A stretch of DNA of 53,989 nt, taken from assembly GCA_042216015.1 (NCBI GenBank), contig JBDGUI010000042.1, forward strand, positions 1-53,989. The letters run 5' to 3'. The translations under genes and the position numbers were made by a program. Positions 49,260-53,989 of this stretch are shown piece by piece. The stretch's first letter is position 1. Every line of letters starts with the position of its first letter. The stretch comes from Halodesulfurarchaeum sp. (GTDB lineage Archaea; Halobacteriota; Halobacteria; Halobacteriales; Halobacteriaceae). The notes below the pieces were generated by a model. That model saw nothing but the letters and a program-made list of their open reading frames with translations. It had not been told where the DNA came from and did no database searches.

Positions 49260-51316
49260 TGAACGGACACATGGGGAAGATCCTTCGATTGGACCTGACG
49301 AATCGAACGAGTTCGACGATCGACACGAGCGAGTACGAGGAGTGGGTCGGTGGACACGGAATGGGCTCGGCCATCTTCTTCGACCTCGTCGATGACAAGA
49401 CGGTGGACGCGTTCTCGGCAGAGAACGTCATCACGATGATGACCTCGCCGCTTGCCGGGACGTTGGCTCCAGCTGCGGCGGGGCGTACCGAAGTGCAGGG
49501 AATTAGCCCCCAACCCTACCCGACAGAGTGGTTCAGTCGGAGTAATTTCGGCGGACGGTTCGCGGGAATGTTGAAATATGCCGGCTATGACGGGATCGTC
49601 ATCGAGGGGAAAGCCGACAAACCAGTGTGGGTCAACGTTGTCGACGATGAAGTCACCTTCGAATCCGCCGATTCGCTTTGGGGAATGAGTACGTGGGAAA
49701 CCCAATCAGAGATATGGAACGAGGTCGATCACGGTGACGGCTGGCAGCACCTGGATTCAGGTCGTGACACGGGCCAAACGACCCAGCCACCAGCCATCGC
49801 GACAATCGGTCGGGCGGGAGAGACACAAACCAGAATTGGCGCGATTATACACGACGCGGGTAACGGTGCCGGGAATGCTGGATTCGGTTCGGTCTGGGGC
49901 TTCAAGAATCTCAAGGCCGTTAGCGTCCTCGGGACTGGCAGTATCGAGATGGCCGATCCATCCAAATTGATCGAAGATCGAATCTGGTCGGAAACAAACT
50001 ACGGATATGACCTCGAGGAACCACCGACCCCATCAAACTACTCGTTCCCGGGTGCTCCGGGAAGCGGTGCCAGTTCCATCGTCACAGAACCGAGCCGGGC
50101 CACCGGGTGCATGGGCTGTCACAAGAATTGTAGAAAACGCACAGCCAGTACGAGAGGGAATGAAAGTACGTGTGTCGACGTACTTTGGTACGATGCCCAT
50201 GACAAGGCCGTTCATGGAGAATATACCATCGAAACCGCAAAAGCAGCTGATCTCGCCCAAAAGTTCGGTATCAACACCTACAGTCTCGAAGCAGGCCTGC
50301 TCTATTTAAAAGACCTGCACAAAAAAGGGGTCCTTGGACCTGACGCTGAAGTGAAGGCCGACCTTCCGTGGGAGGAATTCGGCGAGGCATCGTTCCCCGC
50401 AGAATTAATTCGAAAAATTATCGAACGGGAGGGAATCGGGGCCGATATAGCCGAAGGATTCGCCAGAGCTGCTGAAAAGTGGGGACGGCTTGAAGAAGAT
50501 TTGGCCTCCGGAATTCTCCCGCTTCAATATTGGGGATACCCACAACACTACGACGCCCGCACCGAGGTCGAATGGGGATACGGAAGTATCCTTGGAGAGC
50601 GTGATATTAACGAGCACGACTTCAATTGGGTGGTGTACTGGCAGCCGAGTATCGCAAAGCTCACGGGCACAGATCCGATAATTAGCGCGGAAGATCTTGC
50701 AGGCCTTATCAAAGAGAAGACCACCCCATACAACGTCGTGCCGGATTATAGCGATGAGGGTATCTATTCGGAAAACATGGCCCAGTTGGTGGCCTGGCAT
50801 CGGCATTACACTCGCTTCTGGAAACAGTCGGTGCTCTACTGTGACTGGGCCTACGCCGACTTCGTGAATCCTTACGGAGAGGGAATGTCCGGACTTACTC
50901 CGGAAGGCGAGCCAAAATTCTTCAACGACGTGACGGGGATGGACCTTACCTTTGAAGAGGGGATCGAAAAGGGACGAAAGATCTGGAACCTTGATCGGGC
51001 CATCTGGACGCTGCAAGGGCGCCACCGAGATCAGGAGGAATTGTCAGAATATACCTACGACATAGGAGCTACTCCAGGGTACACGACGTACGAAGTCCCA
51101 TACTGGGTTCCGGTTAAAGAAAACGGAACTTGGGAGTTCAAAAACGTTTCCGGGCGAACACTGGACAAACAGAAGTTCAATGACTGGAAGTCGAAATTCT
51201 ACGAGTTCGAAAATTGGGACACGGAGACAGGACGGCCCACCCGTTCGGCGCTAGAAGATCTCGGGCTCGGAAACGTTGCAGACGAACTCGACGCTGCAAA
51301 CAAACTTCCGAGGTGA
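49259..51316 (+). CDS. aor: Aldehyde:ferredoxin oxidoreductase-family W/Mo-pterin enzyme (YdhV-like)
   Basis: GKILRLDLT, SNFGGRFAGMLKYAGYDGIVIEGKA, IGRAGE, G.KNLKAV, Fe-S motif CMGCHKNC plus distal Cys, G.PTRSALEDLGL. No signal peptide. Confidence 0.9.
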   Translation: MNGHMGKILRLDLTNRTSSTIDTSEYEEWVGGHGMGSAIFFDLVDDKTVDAFSAENVITMMTSPLAGTLAPAAAGRTEVQGISPQPYPTEWFSRSNFGGRFAGMLKYAGYDGIVIEGKADKPVWVNVVDDEVTFESADSLWGMSTWETQSEIWNEVDHGDGWQHLDSGRDTGQTTQPPAIATIGRAGETQTRIGAIIHDAGNGAGNAGFGSVWGFKNLKAVSVLGTGSIEMADPSKLIEDRIWSETNYGYDLEEPPTPSNYSFPGAPGSGASSIVTEPSRATGCMGCHKNCRKRTASTRGNESTCVDVLWYDAHDKAVHGEYTIETAKAADLAQKFGINTYSLEAGLLYLKDLHKKGVLGPDAEVKADLPWEEFGEASFPAELIRKIIEREGIGADIAEGFARAAEKWGRLEEDLASGILPLQYWGYPQHYDARTEVEWGYGSILGERDINEHDFNWVVYWQPSIAKLTGTDPIISAEDLAGLIKEKTTPYNVVPDYSDEGIYSENMAQLVAWHRHYTRFWKQSVLYCDWAYADFVNPYGEGMSGLTPEGEPKFFNDVTGMDLTFEEGIEKGRKIWNLDRAIWTLQGRHRDQEELSEYTYDIGATPGYTTYEVPYWVPVKENGTWEFKNVSGRTLDKQKFNDWKSKFYEFENWDTETGRPTRSALEDLGLGNVADELDAANKLPR

Positions 51317-51321
51317 TAATC

Positions 51322-51693
51322 ATGCGACTCACACAACCAGAGGAAGCGGTGAAATCCGCGCTCACTGAGGAGGTAGAGTACGAAGAGCACTTCATCGGGC
51401 ACAAAGCCCATGCGATGGCGGGAAGTTCCAAGATGCGACTCTACTCGCTCGAAGAAGTCCTGAACTTCATCCACGTTGATGATAGGGAGAAACTTCTCGA
51501 AACGGGGTCTGGCGGGACCATTGGATATGTCGATTTCGGCGAACTTGCGGATTGGACCAAAAACGTGCTCGGGGACGATGAGTTAGCTTCCGCCATCATT
51601 GAAACAGCATCGGACGGCGATAATTACAAAGAACAGGCCGAGGCGGTTTCGAGTCTCATCAACGAGCGACTGGAACAGGCTCGGGAGGACTAA
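51322..51693 (+). CDS. Small acidic hypothetical protein within the AOR operon
   Basis: 123-aa ORF with 5-bp and 4-bp gaps to its neighbours and an AGGTGA SD-like site upstream; DFGELADWTKNVLGDDELA segment. Confidence 0.75.
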   Translation: MRLTQPEEAVKSALTEEVEYEEHFIGHKAHAMAGSSKMRLYSLEEVLNFIHVDDREKLLETGSGGTIGYVDFGELADWTKNVLGDDELASAIIETASDGDNYKEQAEAVSSLINERLEQARED

Positions 51694-51697
51694 AATA

Positions 51698-52585
51698 ATG
51701 CGCTGGAAACGACCCTTGATCACTCTCGGTTTGCTCGTCACCTTCGTCGGCGGGTATCTGTTCGCCGAGAAAGCAGCAGAGCTGTATCTCTGGCAAGCCT
51801 TTGAATCCGGATCGTACATCTACGACGTGCTGTTCGAAACGCTGACCTGGGTCCTTCCCGCAACTATCGCGGGAGGACTGTTCTTCGGCGCGATCCACGC
51901 CGCCTACTCGGATCCCGAACCCACCATCCGAGAGGGTCTCGTCCGTCGCCACGAGGCTTTCGGGGCCTTCTTCGAGCACTGGGCGGCCACCGTTGGAATG
52001 CTTTTTCTCATCGGCTCTGGAGTCTTGCTGGGCTTCCTCTTCGTGCCCCGATTTGTCAGCACGACAGAAACAGTGGGCCTAACGATCAACGTTCACTGGG
52101 CAGGAGCGGCCATTCTCTTGTTCGCAGCATCTTACCACCTCGGTGGCCTCATCATGGGAGACCATCGTGAAATCCTGCCAAAATCAGGCGACCTCAAAAA
52201 CGCTGTCAGAAACGTGGCAAGCTATCTCCGACTGGGCAACGAACCAGAGGCGGAGAAGTACCTCCCGATTCAGCGGGTGAGTTACCTGATCTGGGCAGGG
52301 TTGATCGCCGTCGTCGCGATAACGGGGCTCGTGAAAGCTGCTGACTACCCCTGGGAGGTTGGTGGGGGGTTGATGTCGGCGATGACATATTTGCACGATA
52401 TCTTTGCCCTGTTCACCATTCTGTTTCTGGTTGCACACGTCGGAGCTGTCCTCATGCCGTCGCACCTCCAGCAGCTCCGGTCCCAGATCACTGGATGGAT
52501 ACCAATAGAATACGTTCGGTCCCACCACTCACGATGGCTCCCAGAACAGACTGGATCTAATAAGTCAAAGAGTGGAGGCGATTGA
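51698..52585 (+). CDS. Di-heme cytochrome b membrane anchor (FdnI/YdhU-like)
   Basis: Four His in TM helices (FEHW, NVHW, YLHD, VAHV), KY.P.QR, ITGW...HH..W; two extra N-terminal TMs. Confidence 0.87.
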   Translation: MRWKRPLITLGLLVTFVGGYLFAEKAAELYLWQAFESGSYIYDVLFETLTWVLPATIAGGLFFGAIHAAYSDPEPTIREGLVRRHEAFGAFFEHWAATVGMLFLIGSGVLLGFLFVPRFVSTTETVGLTINVHWAGAAILLFAASYHLGGLIMGDHREILPKSGDLKNAVRNVASYLRLGNEPEAEKYLPIQRVSYLIWAGLIAVVAITGLVKAADYPWEVGGGLMSAMTYLHDIFALFTILFLVAHVGAVLMPSHLQQLRSQITGWIPIEYVRSHHSRWLPEQTGSNKSKSGGD

Positions 52586-52595
52586 TAAAAACCAC

Positions 52596-53921
52596 ATGCA
52601 ATCGGTACTTCTCGTCAACGCCCCGGTCGGTGAAACCTCGGCAGGTAGCCATGCAGCCCTCCACCCGCCGCTCGGTCTCGGGTATATCGGAGCCGTCCTT
52701 CGAGAGCGCGGCCACACTGTTTCAGCGCGTGACCTGAACGTGACCGGAATGAGTGGGGCTGTCGTCGAACGGGCGGTCAAACGAAGCGACGCGGATGTCC
52801 TCGGCATCTCGGCCCACACGGAAACCTATCCAAACGCGCTCGAAATCGCTCGCACAGCCACTGACGTGAACCCGGACCTGACTGTCTTGCTGGGCGGTCC
52901 CCACGCCAGCGTGAACGACGCGGAAGCAGCCACAGTCGAGGCAATTGACTACGTCGTCCGGGGTGAAGGAGAACTGACCACGGCTGAGCTGGTCAAGACG
53001 ATCACTGAACGGAGCGATCCAGAAGCAGTCGACGGGATCACGTTCGAGCGGGACGGCCAACTGATCCAAACACCCGACCGACCGTATATTCAAGATCCGA
53101 CCGAACTCCCGTTTCCAGCCCGTGATCTGTTCCCGCTAGAACTGTACCAACATCCGGGTAACATGCTCTTCTCAAGAGGGGGATGTCCGTTTCAGTGCCA
53201 TTTCTGTGCGGTCAACAACATCTGGGGCGATGGAATGCGCCGATACAGAGCAGTTGAGGACGTTCTCGAGGAAGTGAAGTTACTCGTCGATAAATATGGG
53301 TTCAAGCAGATCAACTTCGCGGACGACACGTTTACCCTTCGACGAGACAGGACAGAAGCGCTACTCGCAGAACTTCGGGACCTCGATACGCGGCACTCCT
53401 GGAATTTCACATGCTCGACGCGAGTAGATCTGGTCGACGGAGATCTCTTGGAGACCCTCGCCAAAGCGGGGTGTTCCGGAATTCAGTTCGGGGTCGAGGC
53501 GGGCTCCCAAAAGATCCTCGATTCGATCGGGAAGAAAATCTCGCTGACAGAAGCCAGGGATGCAATCGAAGCCGCTGTCGACCTCGACATGGACGTCCTG
53601 GCTTCCTTCATGTTTCCACATCCTGACGATACGGAAACGACGATACGCCAGCAGGCTGCCTTCATGCGAGATATCAAAGACACTGGGGCCGCGATTTCAC
53701 TGGCCTTCACCACCCCGTATCCGGGAACAGTGTACGACGAATACGTGAAAAACGGCGATATCGAAGTGAGAGCCGATAGCTATGACGAATACGACGCCAA
53801 GCACCTTATAATAGACACGAAGAACCTCTCCTTCCAAGAGGTAGAACGGCTGAGGGACGAAGTCATCGAAAAAAGTGGGCTCAAGAAACGTACGTCCACG
53901 ACGACAGCGACTGGGCCCTGA
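52596..53921 (+). CDS. Cobalamin-dependent radical SAM protein
   Basis: B12-binding domain (PPLGLGYIGA, LGIS, LGGPHA, GEGE) plus SRGGCPFQCHFC, FADDTF, GVEAGS, PYPGT. Confidence 0.92.
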   Translation: MQSVLLVNAPVGETSAGSHAALHPPLGLGYIGAVLRERGHTVSARDLNVTGMSGAVVERAVKRSDADVLGISAHTETYPNALEIARTATDVNPDLTVLLGGPHASVNDAEAATVEAIDYVVRGEGELTTAELVKTITERSDPEAVDGITFERDGQLIQTPDRPYIQDPTELPFPARDLFPLELYQHPGNMLFSRGGCPFQCHFCAVNNIWGDGMRRYRAVEDVLEEVKLLVDKYGFKQINFADDTFTLRRDRTEALLAELRDLDTRHSWNFTCSTRVDLVDGDLLETLAKAGCSGIQFGVEAGSQKILDSIGKKISLTEARDAIEAAVDLDMDVLASFMFPHPDDTETTIRQQAAFMRDIKDTGAAISLAFTTPYPGTVYDEYVKNGDIEVRADSYDEYDAKHLIIDTKNLSFQEVERLRDEVIEKSGLKKRTSTTTATGP

Positions 53922-53989
53922 TTAGGTCCACTTCAGCACCAACAACCGCTCGAACGGAAACGACTCCTCCCTGACCGTCTCGACTTCGA

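Noticed and set aside
51314..51321. Selenocysteine or read-through at the AOR TGA
   Set aside because: The TGA falls at the normal family C-terminus and is followed immediately by an in-frame TAA.
51322..53989. RiPP cluster around the B12 radical SAM
   Set aside because: No short precursor peptide, peptidase or exporter is visible in the window. It cannot be excluded beyond the right edge.

Overview
High-GC haloarchaeal (class Halobacteria) chromosomal segment with acidic proteins. Most of it is conserved backbone: trm9-like methyltransferase with pilB/pilC, a nucleoside uptake/salvage cluster, aminotransferase-lrpA1-porBA-mrp-moaA, the tRNA-Ser-S13-S4-S11-rpoD-tRNA-Leu-L18e-L13-S9-rpoN-rpoK-eno-S2-mvk-ipk-rnj-idsA-gltX superoperon, and tmcA-L7Ae-S28e-L24e-ndk. 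Three accessory regions stand out. (1) At the left edge, the end of an element inserted at tRNA-Gly(TCC), carrying a tyrosine integrase and a coupled accessory gene. (2) A ~6.3 kb island between gltX and tmcA, bounded by a 14-bp direct repeat (13/14 identical). It encodes a YHS-domain permease, three SHOCT membrane proteins, a stand-alone Tat lipoprotein with a complete CuA motif, a DUF302 protein and an IS5-truncated CbiX-like gene. (3) At the right end, a DmsR/Bat-type regulator precedes a five-gene operon: Tat-exported 4x[4Fe-4S] protein, AOR-family W/Mo oxidoreductase, small unknown protein, FdnI-like cytochrome b and a cobalamin-dependent radical SAM enzyme. Region 3 is the best candidate for an undescribed system. 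All calls come from motif recognition by eye; no database searches were run.
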